A DNA stretch of 64,000 nucleotides from Myxococcales bacterium (GCA_043747615.1 JAYTOU010000033.1:64001-128000), one strand, 5' to 3'; counted from the first letter of the stretch, positions 8,852 to 19,153 are shown. Numbers and translations: made by a program. The notes: generated by a model not told the origin, from the sequence alone.

Positions 8852-10153
8852 GTGAACGCGGTTCCAGCTAGTCCATTTGGTCTGATCGCGGCGGGCGTCG
8901 CGGCTGCCGCGGTCGGTTCGCTGTTTGCAGCGGGCGATGCCGCGCTCGCCGCCCTTCCCGAGGCGCGGCTCGCTGTCCTCGCCGACGGTGACACGGGCGG
9001 GCGCGTCTTCGGACGGTACGCACGCGATCGAACGCGTGTCGCGTCGCGGTGGCTCGTGGGGCGCACCGCGATGATTGCGCTCGCGGCCGTTCTCTTCAGC
9101 GAAGCCGCCGAGCGAATCAGCAGCGCCCAGGCAGACCTAGCGCCGGTCTTCGCCGTCCTTGGCGCCGTGTGCAGCTACGGACTTTTCGCGGAGCTCCTCA
9201 TCACCGTCGCCCGCCGCCGCCCAGACGTGATTGGGGGCCTCGGGCTCCGGTTCTTGTGGCCTCTCGAATGGGTCGTCGTGCCTCTCGCCGAGCCGCTCGC
9301 CATCCTCGCGCGCTTCATCAGCCGTCGTTACGTGAAGCGCCAGCAGCCCGACGCCCGCACGATGGAGACCGAGGTGGAGTGGGTCGTCAGCCAGGGCGAG
9401 AAGCACGGCGCGCTCGCGAACGAGCCTGCGGAAATGATCCGCAACGTACTCGAGTTCAAGGACCTCACCGCCAAGGAGGTCATGGTCGCCCGGCGGCGCA
9501 TCGTGGGGATCGACGTCGCGACCACCCTGGAAAAAGCGCTCTCGATCGTGACCACCGAGGGTCACTCGCGCTTCCCGATTTACCGCGAGAACCTCGACAA
9601 CATCGTGGGGCTTCTCTACGCGAAAGATCTCTTCGCGGTGATGAATGAGAACCGTCTGAGCGCGACCACCCTCGCCAATCTCGTGCGCTCACCGGTGCTC
9701 TTCGTCGTGGAAACGCAGCCTATTTTGAGCATGTTGCGCGAGATGCGGGCTCGGCGGCTCCACATGGCGATCGTCTCGGACGAGTTCGGCGGCACGAGCG
9801 GCGTCATCACCCTCGAGGACATCATCGAGGAGATCGTGGGCGAGATCGAGGACGAGCACGACACCCACAAAGAGGCTCAGATCCAGGAAATGGGAGACGG
9901 ACGTCTCGTGGCGGATGCGGCAGTGCCCCTCGCGGATCTTTCCGCCCGCCTGGGGAGAGAATTTCCCGACGGAGACTTCGAGTCCCTCGGCGGCCTCCTC
10001 GTCCACCGTGCCGGGCGCGTCCCCGAAGTGGGAACGACGCTCATGCTCGACGGCCTCAAGTTCATCGTGCGCGAGGCGGACGCGACCCATATCGTCACCG
10101 TCGAAATCGTTCCCGTGGGCACAATTCCCCCGCTCGCGGCTTCGCCTTCGTAA
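8852..10153 (+). CDS. Hemolysin/CNNM (TlyC/CorC) family protein: TM domain, CBS pair, CorC_HlyC
   Basis: AKEVM, GHSRFPIY, LHMAIVSDEFGGTSGVITLEDIIEEIVGEIEDE. Confidence 0.92.
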   Translation: MNAVPASPFGLIAAGVAAAAVGSLFAAGDAALAALPEARLAVLADGDTGGRVFGRYARDRTRVASRWLVGRTAMIALAAVLFSEAAERISSAQADLAPVFAVLGAVCSYGLFAELLITVARRRPDVIGGLGLRFLWPLEWVVVPLAEPLAILARFISRRYVKRQQPDARTMETEVEWVVSQGEKHGALANEPAEMIRNVLEFKDLTAKEVMVARRRIVGIDVATTLEKALSIVTTEGHSRFPIYRENLDNIVGLLYAKDLFAVMNENRLSATTLANLVRSPVLFVVETQPILSMLREMRARRLHMAIVSDEFGGTSGVITLEDIIEEIVGEIEDEHDTHKEAQIQEMGDGRLVADAAVPLADLSARLGREFPDGDFESLGGLLVHRAGRVPEVGTTLMLDGLKFIVREADATHIVTVEIVPVGTIPPLAASPS

Positions 10154-10155
10154 AC

Positions 10156-10458
10156 ATGTCGGCTTCGATTCTCGTAGGCCTGAAAGCAGCAAGAGACAGC
10201 GGCGGGTCGACGATCTCCATCGCCGACGTGATTTCCCAGCTCCCAGAAGTTGGCAGCATGAAGACCGGGGCGCAGGTCGTGATCTTGGCGCGCAGCACGC
10301 CGCCTACCGGCATCTTCGCCCGTGTTTTTGGCAGAAAGCAGCGCGTTTCCCGGGGCGTGCGGGGCTCGGCGCTCCTTGCGCGCGGCTTCGTCAACATCGC
10401 CGCCGCGGGTGAGGGCGACGACGATCTCGTGTGGGGCTACGCGCCGCCGCTTTCCTAG
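10156..10458 (+). CDS. Hypothetical protein
   Basis: 100-aa ORF starting 2 nt after the CNNM gene, with typical GC3 codon bias. Confidence 0.65.
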   Translation: MSASILVGLKAARDSGGSTISIADVISQLPEVGSMKTGAQVVILARSTPPTGIFARVFGRKQRVSRGVRGSALLARGFVNIAAAGEGDDDLVWGYAPPLS

Positions 10459-10468
10459 AACAAAAAGA

Positions 10469-11638
10469 CTATTTTACTTTGTCGAGGCCGGCGACGACCT
10501 TGTCGACACGCTGAAGGAGGCCGTCCTTGACGTCGACGATCGCCCCTTCGGGCGCGGCCGCGGTGTCGCCACGAATGTCGTGGATGACGTTGCCGATTTG
10601 TGCCGCGAGCTGGGCCGTTTGGCCGGACACTTCGCTCGGACAAGCCTTCTCGAAGGTGCGCGGTGCGACGTACATCGCCGCGGGTTTCGTCGAAAGATCG
10701 CCGCCCTTGTAGGCGGGAAGCTTCGCGTTGCCTTGCCCGATCGGATTCGCGAACGTGAACTCCGCGGGGAGCGGCAGGTTCGGCGGCGTGAAGACAATCG
10801 GCGGAATGACGCTCGCTAAGAGCGCAGACGGATTGCCGCTGGGGTCTTTGTCAACCACCACGACGTAGTTGATCGTGGACTGCCCGGGGGGAGCGTTGAG
10901 CTGCTCGGTGAGCGGCTTCTGCAGCTTGGTCAGGAGGTTTTGGACGATTAATTTGCGATCGTTCAAGGCTTGCACGGCGGTGATGAACTCGACCAGACCG
11001 GCGGAGGTCTCGGGCGAGAAGCTGCTGAACCTGCGCCCGGCGAGCTTGCTTCCGTCGAAGTCGACGTTGATTCCGCCAAGCTCCTTCGAGAGTTGGTCGG
11101 GGAATTTATGCTCCTTCGTGAGGGTCGTTCGCCCGGCTTCGAGCTTGTCTGCAAGGGCTTTGAGCGAGTCGCCGGCCTTTTTGACGTCCTTCGAGAGCTC
11201 TTGCGCGTCGGTCTTGCTCTTGGCGCGTCCCTGACTGATTTGTGATGCGTCGCCGGCGATGTAACCGAGGCCGGTGAACGCCACGGCGACGATGACCGCG
11301 ACGACGAAGCCCTGCTTTCGAGCGCCGCTTCGCGCTTGGTGCACCGCGACTTCGTCGACCTCGATGCGCTGCATCTGCGGCTGGACAGGCGCGGCAGTCG
11401 GCGGGCGGTAGACTTGAGCGACAGCGGCGAGCGGGTTCGACGGGTCCATCACCGACGGGCTCGAACCGAACGGCGAAGGCGGACCGATGGGAACTCCGGG
11501 CAAGCCAACGGGAGCCGGCGGACGACTGCCCGCGGGCTTCGGAATCGGAATTACGGTTCCCGGCGGGGGCGTTGCGGTGGACGACGCCTTTCCTAGGCGC
11601 GCCTTTAAGTCGATCTTCGGCTTCTTTTCGTCGGCCAT
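10469..11638 (-). CDS. Hypothetical single-TM protein (Pro-rich N-terminus, coiled coil after the TM)
   Basis: Start MADEKKPKIDLKARLGK with AGGAGA upstream; one hydrophobic segment (FVVAVIVAVAFTGLGYIAG). Confidence 0.8.
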   Translation of the reverse strand: MADEKKPKIDLKARLGKASSTATPPPGTVIPIPKPAGSRPPAPVGLPGVPIGPPSPFGSSPSVMDPSNPLAAVAQVYRPPTAAPVQPQMQRIEVDEVAVHQARSGARKQGFVVAVIVAVAFTGLGYIAGDASQISQGRAKSKTDAQELSKDVKKAGDSLKALADKLEAGRTTLTKEHKFPDQLSKELGGINVDFDGSKLAGRRFSSFSPETSAGLVEFITAVQALNDRKLIVQNLLTKLQKPLTEQLNAPPGQSTINYVVVVDKDPSGNPSALLASVIPPIVFTPPNLPLPAEFTFANPIGQGNAKLPAYKGGDLSTKPAAMYVAPRTFEKACPSEVSGQTAQLAAQIGNVIHDIRGDTAAAPEGAIVDVKDGLLQRVDKVVAGLDKVK

Positions 11639-11735
11639 CGAATCTCCTGAACGAGAGCGAGAAGTTACGTGCGCGGTCGCCTTAAAGTCAACGATTGGCC
11701 TCGATTTCCCGAGTCTCATCCTCTAGTTGAAACCG

Positions 11736-12236
11736 ATGCATCTGGCCGCTCCCTCAAAAGCGCTGCTGCTCGTCGCACTCTTTTTTGCGGGGTGCCGCCC
11801 TTCGCCCGAGACGGCGGCGGTCGATCCCGCGATCGCGGACAAGGTGACCATCGACCGAATCATCGCCGCGGATCAGAAGCTCGATCGCGCCTTGAAGGAG
11901 GCCGATGACCGCGCGAGTCGGCGGGAAAAAGATGGGGCGCCAGGCGGAAACGAAGCGGAGGCGGCCTTTCTATTGGAGCGAAATGCCCTGCCCGCGGCGG
12001 CCGAGGCCCTCACCTTGGCGAGCACGAGCACCGTCACCAGCCCCTGGGCGGACGAGCGAAAGCGAGAGCTCGTGAGCATTCTTCAGGACACGAAGGAGGA
12101 GATCCCGCGCTACGCGGCCGCGCTGCGAGGCACGGACATCGACGCGAAGCTCGCTGCCATCCAGGCCGAAGTCGCCCTCGAAAAGCGCTCGATCGACGCG
12201 GTCACGGCGATCTCCCACGGCCCGCCGGGACCCTGA
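11736..12236 (+). CDS. Helical lipoprotein
   Basis: Lipobox LLVALFFAGC. Confidence 0.7.
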   Translation: MHLAAPSKALLLVALFFAGCRPSPETAAVDPAIADKVTIDRIIAADQKLDRALKEADDRASRREKDGAPGGNEAEAAFLLERNALPAAAEALTLASTSTVTSPWADERKRELVSILQDTKEEIPRYAAALRGTDIDAKLAAIQAEVALEKRSIDAVTAISHGPPGP

Positions 12237-12304
12237 CCTCGCGCACGCGGATGGCGCGCGTCACGAAGTTCGTCCCGGCCTCTGCGAGCCTATAAGATCG
12301 CAGC

Positions 12305-13183
12305 GTGGAGCTCTCCGGGTGGGTCGACGCGTATCTCGATCACCTCCGGGTGGAGTGTGGTCTGGCGGCGAACACCCTCGAAGCGTACGCCCGGGATCTG
12401 AATCGCTTGGTGACGAGCGTTGGAGAGTCGACGCCCGAGTCGATCGGCGCCGGCGAGATCTCCGCGCTCCTCGCCCACAACGTCAAGACGGGCTTCGGTG
12501 CACGCTCGAGCGCCCGTCAGCTCTCCGCGATTCGCGGCTTCTTTCGCTTCCTGGTGCGGGAAAAGGCGATCCCCGCCGACCCGACGACGCTCATCGATCG
12601 CCCGAGTGTGGGGCGCAAGCTGCCGCGCATTCTTTCTTTCGAAGAGATCGAGCGTCTTCTGCTCGCTCCAGATGTGGCTACGAAACGTGGCGTTCGTGAC
12701 GCGGCGATGATCCATTTGATGTACGCGTCGGGTCTTCGCGTGAGCGAGCTGTGCGGCCTCAAGGTCGCGGATCTCGACACCAAGACCGGCGTGGTCGCCG
12801 CGTTCGGAAAAGGGGGCAAGCGGCGCCATGTTCCGGTGGGCGAGGCCGCTCTCGCCGCCATCAGCCGCTATGTAGAGGAGGTCCGCGTCGACGCGCCGCC
12901 GAAGAGCGTCGCTCTCTTCGTGTCGCCGCGCGGAAAATTTTTTACCCGCCAGGGTTTCTGGAAGCTCCTCAAGGGCTACGCGCTCAAAGCCGGCATCACC
13001 ACGCCGCTCTCGCCGCACAAGCTCCGGCACTCGTTCGCCACGCATCTTCTTCGGGGCGGCGCCGATCTGCGCGCCGTTCAGGCCATGCTCGGACACGCCG
13101 ATCTGGGCACCACGGAGATTTACACGCGCGTCGCGCAGGATCACATCCGCAGCGCCTATACCCGCGCTCACCCCCGGGCCTGA
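12305..13183 (+). CDS. xerD: Site-specific tyrosine recombinase XerD
   Basis: NTLEAYARDL, RD.AM..LMYASGLRVSEL, GKGGK.R, HKLRHSFATHLL, LGH, TTEIY. Confidence 0.92.
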   Translation: MELSGWVDAYLDHLRVECGLAANTLEAYARDLNRLVTSVGESTPESIGAGEISALLAHNVKTGFGARSSARQLSAIRGFFRFLVREKAIPADPTTLIDRPSVGRKLPRILSFEEIERLLLAPDVATKRGVRDAAMIHLMYASGLRVSELCGLKVADLDTKTGVVAAFGKGGKRRHVPVGEAALAAISRYVEEVRVDAPPKSVALFVSPRGKFFTRQGFWKLLKGYALKAGITTPLSPHKLRHSFATHLLRGGADLRAVQAMLGHADLGTTEIYTRVAQDHIRSAYTRAHPRA

Positions 13184-14898
13184 GCCCAGGCGAGCAATTT
13201 TTCCGGTGACCACGTGTTCGCAATTCGATCCGTATCGAGCCATGCGCGACCCGCGGTGAGCGCCGCGTAACGCACGTTGTCGAGCTCGTCGACGTGGTGC
13301 GCGTCGCTGGTGAGCACGAACGTCAGATCGCGACCACGCGCTCGCCGAAGGGCCTCCGCGGACATATCGAGGCGCGGAAGCGCGCCGTTCAGCTCGAGCG
13401 CCGTACCGGTTGCCTGCGCGGCATCGAAGATGGCCTCGAGATTGAGATCGATGGGCGGACGAGCGCCAATCATGCGCGCGGACAGGTGTCCGATCATTCG
13501 CACGGACGGGTCCTGCATGGCCGTCACGACGCGCTTTGTCTGCGCCGCGCGATCCAGATCGAAATGATCGTGAACAGAGGCCAGGCAAAAATCGAAGCCC
13601 GCCCGAAACTCGGCGTCGTAATCGAGCTCACCGTTCGGCCCGATGTTCAGCTCTGCGCCGTGGAGGAGCGTCATGGCGTCACCGAGCTCTGCCTGCATCG
13701 CCTTGATCTGCGCGCGTTGATCGACGAGCGCTTGGCGCCCTACGCCGGACACGGTTCCCTCCGCGTGATCTGTGATCGCCAGAACGCGGTAGCCCCGCGC
13801 GATTGCAGCGGCGACCATTTCGGCGAGGCTGGAGCGACCGTCTCCGGACACGGTCGTGTGCACGTGAAAATCGCCGATTACCTCGCCGGGAGGCTTGGGG
13901 AGCGTGCCGACCTCCGCCGCCTCGATTTCGCCCGCGTCCTCCCGCAGAACGGGGTGAATCCAGGGGAGGCCGAGCGCCTCGTAGATCTGTTCTTCGGTCT
14001 CGCTCGCGACGACTTTGCCGCCGTCGATCTCCGAGAGCGCGTACTCGTTGAGCGTCCAGCCGCGGGCAAGAGCGCGCATACGAAGTTTGATGTTGTGACC
14101 CTTCGATCCCGTGAAATACAGGCGCGCCGCTCCGAGCTGATGCGCCGCCACGACGCGAAGATCGACCTGCGTTCCGCGCCGGGTGACCACGCTCGTCTTG
14201 GCCTCGCCGCGCACGAGCACGCGATCGACCATGCTCATGGTGACGAGGGCTTCCATCACCGACGAGGCGTCGCTCGCAGCGACGACGAGATCGACGTCTC
14301 CGATGGTCTCGCAAAAGCGCCGGAGCGATCCGCAGTACGAGACGTGAACGACACCGGGCACTTCGAGGAGCCGCGCTTCGAGGCGGCGCGCGAGCGGAAG
14401 GGCAACGGAGATGGGCGTCCGTCCGAGGGCTCCTTGCTCCTCCAGCCGCGAGAGCGTCTGGGCAATCTTCTCCTCCGATTTCGCGCCGAAGCCCTTCAGC
14501 GCGCGGATCTTTTTCTCGCCGATCGCGGCTCGGAGATCATCGATCGATTGGACACCGAGCTCCGCGCGGAGACGATTCACCGCCTTCGGTCCGAGCCCCT
14601 GGATGCGCAGGAGCGCTACGACGCTCGCCGGGTGCTTCTCGCGCAGTCCCTGGAGCTTGGCGACTCGGCCGAGCTCGACGAACTCTCGGATCTTTTCGGC
14701 TGTGCCTTTGCCGATGCCCTCGATCTTTTGAAGCTCCTTCGCGCTGAGCTTGCTGAGATCAATGGCTTGCCCCGTGAGCGAATGAACCGCGCTCTCGTAG
14801 GCGCGAACGCGAAACGATTGAGGGTCGCCCTCGTCGAGGATCGTCAGCTCAGCCAGCTCCCGGAGCATCTCGAGGACGTCTTCTTTGATATCGCCCAT
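13168..14898 (-). CDS. polX: DNA polymerase X with C-terminal PHP domain
   Basis: HhH motifs, GSLRR..ETIGDVD, VDLR, YFTGSK.HN; PHP motifs HVHT, TDH, GHL, SDAH. Confidence 0.93.
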   Translation of the reverse strand: MGDIKEDVLEMLRELAELTILDEGDPQSFRVRAYESAVHSLTGQAIDLSKLSAKELQKIEGIGKGTAEKIREFVELGRVAKLQGLREKHPASVVALLRIQGLGPKAVNRLRAELGVQSIDDLRAAIGEKKIRALKGFGAKSEEKIAQTLSRLEEQGALGRTPISVALPLARRLEARLLEVPGVVHVSYCGSLRRFCETIGDVDLVVAASDASSVMEALVTMSMVDRVLVRGEAKTSVVTRRGTQVDLRVVAAHQLGAARLYFTGSKGHNIKLRMRALARGWTLNEYALSEIDGGKVVASETEEQIYEALGLPWIHPVLREDAGEIEAAEVGTLPKPPGEVIGDFHVHTTVSGDGRSSLAEMVAAAIARGYRVLAITDHAEGTVSGVGRQALVDQRAQIKAMQAELGDAMTLLHGAELNIGPNGELDYDAEFRAGFDFCLASVHDHFDLDRAAQTKRVVTAMQDPSVRMIGHLSARMIGARPPIDLNLEAIFDAAQATGTALELNGALPRLDMSAEALRRARGRDLTFVLTSDAHHVDELDNVRYAALTAGRAWLDTDRIANTWSPEKLLAWAQARG

Positions 14899-14921
14899 GC
14901 GCACTGTGTAACCTTGACGGC

Positions 14922-16229
14922 GTGGCCAAGGAAGACGCACCGGAAGTACTTTCGATCGACGGGCGCGAGGTCAGCGTCACCCACCCGCTAAAGCCCTACT
15001 TCTCGAAAGAGACGAAGCTATCGAAGATCGATCTCGTCCGTTACTACCTCTCGGTTGCCGAGGGTGCGCTCGGCGGTATTCGCGATCGACCGATCGTGCT
15101 CAAGCGGTTCGTCGATGGCGCCGAGGGGCAGCCGTTTTATCAGAAGCGCGCGCCCGAGAAGCGACCGAGCTGGCTGCGCACGACGATCCTTTCTTTTCCT
15201 TCCGGACGCACCGCCGAGGAGGTGGTGGTCGATGACGCGGCCGGGCTCGCCTGGATCGTAAACCTCGGGTGCATCGAGCTGCATCCGCACCCCGTACGAT
15301 CTGCCGACCTCGACCACCCCGACGAGCTTCGCATCGACCTCGATCCAGGGCCCGGCGTCGTGTGGGGCGACGTTCGCCGCGTGGCTCTAGAGGTGAACGC
15401 GCTGCTCGGCGAGATCGGGCTCGTAGGGTGGCCGAAGACCAGCGGCTCGCGTGGGCTCCACGTGAACGTGCGGATTGCTCCGCGCTGGACGTTCACCGAG
15501 GTGCGTCGGGCGGCCATCGCTCTCGCGCGGGAGATCGAACGGCGCGCGCCGAGCATCGCTACTTCAAAGTGGTGGAAAGAGGAGCGCCACGGCGTTTTCC
15601 TCGACTACAATCAGAACGCGAAGGATCGGACGACGTGCTCGGCGTACTCGGTACGGCCCGTCCCCGACGCGCGGGTGTCGGCGCCTCTTCGCTGGAACGA
15701 GGTGCCGGAGTGCGAGGCAGGCGATTTCACCGTTCTCACCGTGCCCACGCGGTTCGCGGCGATAGGTGATCCGCACGCGAACATGAATGAGGCGTCGGGC
15801 TCCCTCGAGAGGCTGCTCGAGCTCGCCGCCCGCGACGAAGCCTCGGGTCTCGGGGACGCGCCCTGGCCTCCGCATTTCCAAAAATCGCAGGGCGAGGCGC
15901 CACGCGTTTCTCCTTCGCGCGCAAAAAAAACGCCTGCAAAAAAATCGCCGCGCGTGAAGATGCCGCTGCTCACCGTCGCGCAGTCGCCAGGCAAGGAAGC
16001 CGCGCTCGCAGGCCTCGAGCGTTGGAGAATCAAGCATCCCGACGCGGCGGCGCACCTCACCGTGGAAGACGTTCTCGTCGACTCCATGCGCGGACGATCG
16101 TCCACCTGGACGCGGGTGCGCGTGAACCTGCGCAACGTCCCGGAGGCCGTGCGACCCGCGCAGGAGACGCCCGATCCGGATGACGATCCCACCCGCGGCA
16201 AGCGCGCGCGCGCGGTCACCGAGTCTTGA
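14922..16229 (+). CDS. Stand-alone LigD-type primase-polymerase (PolD/Prim-Pol) with C-terminal extension
   Basis: FYQKR, DELRIDLDP, KTSGSRGLHV, FLDYNQN, YSVR. Confidence 0.9.
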   Translation: MAKEDAPEVLSIDGREVSVTHPLKPYFSKETKLSKIDLVRYYLSVAEGALGGIRDRPIVLKRFVDGAEGQPFYQKRAPEKRPSWLRTTILSFPSGRTAEEVVVDDAAGLAWIVNLGCIELHPHPVRSADLDHPDELRIDLDPGPGVVWGDVRRVALEVNALLGEIGLVGWPKTSGSRGLHVNVRIAPRWTFTEVRRAAIALAREIERRAPSIATSKWWKEERHGVFLDYNQNAKDRTTCSAYSVRPVPDARVSAPLRWNEVPECEAGDFTVLTVPTRFAAIGDPHANMNEASGSLERLLELAARDEASGLGDAPWPPHFQKSQGEAPRVSPSRAKKTPAKKSPRVKMPLLTVAQSPGKEAALAGLERWRIKHPDAAAHLTVEDVLVDSMRGRSSTWTRVRVNLRNVPEAVRPAQETPDPDDDPTRGKRARAVTES

Positions 16230-17298
16230 AGATGTTTGCGAGCTCGTGGGGCGCGACGACCTCGAGCTGTGCGAAGGTGCAGTCCGCGGGTTTCTTGTCC
16301 GTGCGCCACCGTCGAAACTGCGCGGTGTGACGGAAGCGCGTGCCCTGCATGTGGTCGTAGGCAACTTGAACGACGAGCTCGGCGCGCACGGGCTCCCACG
16401 AGAGATCCTTCCCCTGGCTCCATCGGCTTTTTCCGCCGGGCACGCGCTGACCGCTTCCCTCCAGTGAGCCTTGTTCCGCCCACTCTTTCCACGGGTGCCC
16501 AGCGAGCGCGTTCTCGCGCAGCGGGGCCAAGTAGGCGACAAGCTCGCGCCGTTTTTCCGTAGTGAAGCTCGACGACACGCCGACGTGCTGGAGCGATCCT
16601 GCGTCGTCGTAGAGGCCGAGGAGAAGGGAGCCGAGCGCGGTCCCGGCACCGCCCTTGTGCCAGCGGAAACCAGCCACGACGCAGTCGCACTCGCGCTCGT
16701 GCTTTACCTTGAGCATGACCCGCTTGTTCGGCTCGTACGCCCCGCCCGCACGTTTGGCGATGACACCGTCGAGCCCTGCACCCTCGAAGCGCGTGAACCA
16801 GTCGGTTGCGAGCGCGCGGTCGCGGGTGGCTGGCGTCAGATGCAGAGGAGGCGTCGACGTGGCGACCATGCGCTCGAGCTCTGCGCGCCGCTCGCGAAAC
16901 GGTATGGCGAGCAAATCTTTGTCACCGAGCGAGAGCACGTCCCAGAGCACGATGGACGCCGGGTGCTCTTTTGCAAGGAGCTTCACGCGCGACGCCGCCG
17001 GATGCAGACGCAGCTGGAGTGTCTCGAATTCGAGCCCAGTCGCGCCTGCAATCACGAGCTCGCCGTCGACCACGCATCGCTCCGGAAGCTGGGATTTCAC
17101 CACCTCGACGAGCTCCGGAAAATACCGGTCGAGCGGCTTCCCGTCGCGGCTCTGGATGAGCACCTCGGCACCGTCTCGAAAGATGAGGGCCCGAAACCCG
17201 TCCCACTTCGGCTCGAAAATCCAGTCGTCTCCCTCGGGGAGCTCGAGGCCTCGCTTGGCGAGCATGGGGAGGAGGGGCGGATTGACGGGAAGCCGCAT
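16216..17298 (-). CDS. ligC: ATP-dependent DNA ligase, LigC type
   Basis: PMLAK, EPKWDGFR (adenylated Lys), DGELV, DGVIAK, KVKHER, RFRH. Confidence 0.9.
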   Translation of the reverse strand: MRLPVNPPLLPMLAKRGLELPEGDDWIFEPKWDGFRALIFRDGAEVLIQSRDGKPLDRYFPELVEVVKSQLPERCVVDGELVIAGATGLEFETLQLRLHPAASRVKLLAKEHPASIVLWDVLSLGDKDLLAIPFRERRAELERMVATSTPPLHLTPATRDRALATDWFTRFEGAGLDGVIAKRAGGAYEPNKRVMLKVKHERECDCVVAGFRWHKGGAGTALGSLLLGLYDDAGSLQHVGVSSSFTTEKRRELVAYLAPLRENALAGHPWKEWAEQGSLEGSGQRVPGGKSRWSQGKDLSWEPVRAELVVQVAYDHMQGTRFRHTAQFRRWRTDKKPADCTFAQLEVVAPHELANIFKTR

Positions 17299-17342
17299 AC
17301 GGCCATCGTAATACTTCGCGCGCGGCGTGATAGAAAGACGGC

Positions 17343-18182
17343 GTGGCGACACCTCTTTTTACCGTGACTGAGCCGGAGCGATCGGAAACGCCGCTCGTCG
17401 TCGAGGTGCCGCACGCGGGGGTTTATGTGCCGGCCATCTACCTCGCGAACCTCGTTGCCCCCGCGCGCTCGATTGGACGTGACGCTGATCTCTACGTCGA
17501 CGAGCTCTACGCCGACGCGCCGCGCGAAGGAGCCACGCTCCTTGTTGCCCATACGTCGCGCTACGTCCTCGATCTCAATCGCGCCGAGGGCGACCTCGAC
17601 GACGAAGCGGTGATCGGCGGCCAAGCGAACGGCGCGCGCATGCCCCGCGGCCTCATCTGGCGCCTCACGACAGACGGTGAGCCGGCACTTGGGCAGCCGC
17701 TCTCCCGCGTCGAGCTCGAGGCTCGCGTGGCGGAAGTGCACCGCCCCTACCACGCTGCCCTTCGCGCCATCCTCGAGCGGAAGAAAGAAAAATTTGGCTA
17801 CGCGGTGCTCCTCGCCGCGCACTCGATGCCGAGCAACGCGCGTGACCCTGTGAGCCGCCGCGCTCCCGAAATCAGCTTCGCGCGCGCCGATGTCGTGCCG
17901 GGCAGCCAAGGTCGAACGACGTCCGCCGGCGTCTTCATCGATGCCGTCGACGCGCACGCGCGAGGCCATGGCTTCACCGTCCGCCACGACGAGCCGTACC
18001 GAGGAGGCTTCTCGACCCGCAACTACGGAACCCCCGCGCACGGAATCCACGCGGTCCAAGTCGAGCTCGCGCGTCGGCTTTACATGGACGAGGCTACGCT
18101 CCGCCGAGGGCCAAACTTCGACGCGCTGCGACAGTTTTGCCGCGCGCTTGTGGCGAAGCTTGGCCAAACAGCGCTACCCTAG
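17343..18182 (+). CDS. N-formylglutamate amidohydrolase family
   Basis: PHAG, D.YVDELY, SRY..DLNR, PYH, HSM, PYRGG, HAVQVEL.R.LYMDE. Confidence 0.88.
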   Translation: MATPLFTVTEPERSETPLVVEVPHAGVYVPAIYLANLVAPARSIGRDADLYVDELYADAPREGATLLVAHTSRYVLDLNRAEGDLDDEAVIGGQANGARMPRGLIWRLTTDGEPALGQPLSRVELEARVAEVHRPYHAALRAILERKKEKFGYAVLLAAHSMPSNARDPVSRRAPEISFARADVVPGSQGRTTSAGVFIDAVDAHARGHGFTVRHDEPYRGGFSTRNYGTPAHGIHAVQVELARRLYMDEATLRRGPNFDALRQFCRALVAKLGQTALP

Positions 18183-18190
18183 GGTCGTCG

Positions 18191-19153
18191 ATGCCGTCCC
18201 TTCCACCGGTCGAGCCTCCCCCCCCGCCGATGTCAATGACGTCGCTTCCGGTGGGAGTACCGCGCAGTCCGTCCTCGCGGCCGTGCGTGCAGCCGCCGGT
18301 CCTCGCGTCGGACATTCTCCGCGAAGAAGTCGCGCCGATCGCGCCCGGGCAAACGATCCTTCGCGTGTGGCTCGCTGGGTTTTCCCTCGTGTTCGGCCTC
18401 GCGGCGCTCGCCTCGTTCCTGGGCCTCGGTTCGAACGCGCCGGGCGTCTTTGGAGGCTCGCTCGCCACTGCGATCGTCGCCGCCGTCGCCGCGCTCGTCT
18501 CCGTTCCTTACGCCGCGCGGGCGTCGCTCGCGGTGGTCGTCGGTCTCGTTCCTCTGCTGATGGGCGTGGGGGGAGACGGTCCGCTCTCGGCCATCGGCTT
18601 TGAAGGGACCCTCAACGCAGGCGCCGGTCTCCTGACGGTCACCGCGCTCCCCGGCGCGCTCCTTTTTCGCGCGCGTTACCGAGCGTTCGCGGCGGCCCGC
18701 ATTATTTTGGGAGTGGCCCTGGCGGCGAGCGGTCTCTTTTTGGTCCTGGCCACGCTGGGGACGCTCGACTCAGCGGCGCCGAACATCACCCGGGTCGCCG
18801 ACGGGGCAGCCGTGATCACGATCCTGACCGCATTTTTCGGCTTTATGGGTGAAGAAACCAGCGGCGGCTGCTCGGGTTGGGCGGCCCTGCTGCTCGCCGT
18901 ACACGCCCTTCGCTTGGCTTCGCAAACGTTCGTGGGCGGCCTCGACAGCGGTCTCGCCGGTCGTTTTGGTCGCTGGGGATTCGTGGTGGGTGGGGTCGGA
19001 GAATTTTTTGCGTCGACCATCGTCGCGTACGCGATTTTTCAGCTCTTGGCGGCGATTTTTGCGAGCTCGGCCCGCAAGGTAGACGTGCACCGAATCGTGG
19101 GCGCGAGCGCCGAGACCGACAGCCGGCCGACGATGTCGTCCGAGTACCCTTGA
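18191..19153 (+). CDS. Polytopic membrane protein of unknown function
   Basis: About eight hydrophobic segments after a Pro-rich N-terminus. Confidence 0.75.
   Translation: MPSLPPVEPPPPPMSMTSLPVGVPRSPSSRPCVQPPVLASDILREEVAPIAPGQTILRVWLAGFSLVFGLAALASFLGLGSNAPGVFGGSLATAIVAAVAALVSVPYAARASLAVVVGLVPLLMGVGGDGPLSAIGFEGTLNAGAGLLTVTALPGALLFRARYRAFAAARIILGVALAASGLFLVLATLGTLDSAAPNITRVADGAAVITILTAFFGFMGEETSGGCSGWAALLLAVHALRLASQTFVGGLDSGLAGRFGRWGFVVGGVGEFFASTIVAYAIFQLLAAIFASSARKVDVHRIVGASAETDSRPTMSSEYP

Noticed and set aside
12305..13183. Tyrosine recombinase as a prophage or island integrase
   Set aside because: Length and motifs fit housekeeping XerD; no att repeats, phage genes or tRNA target were seen
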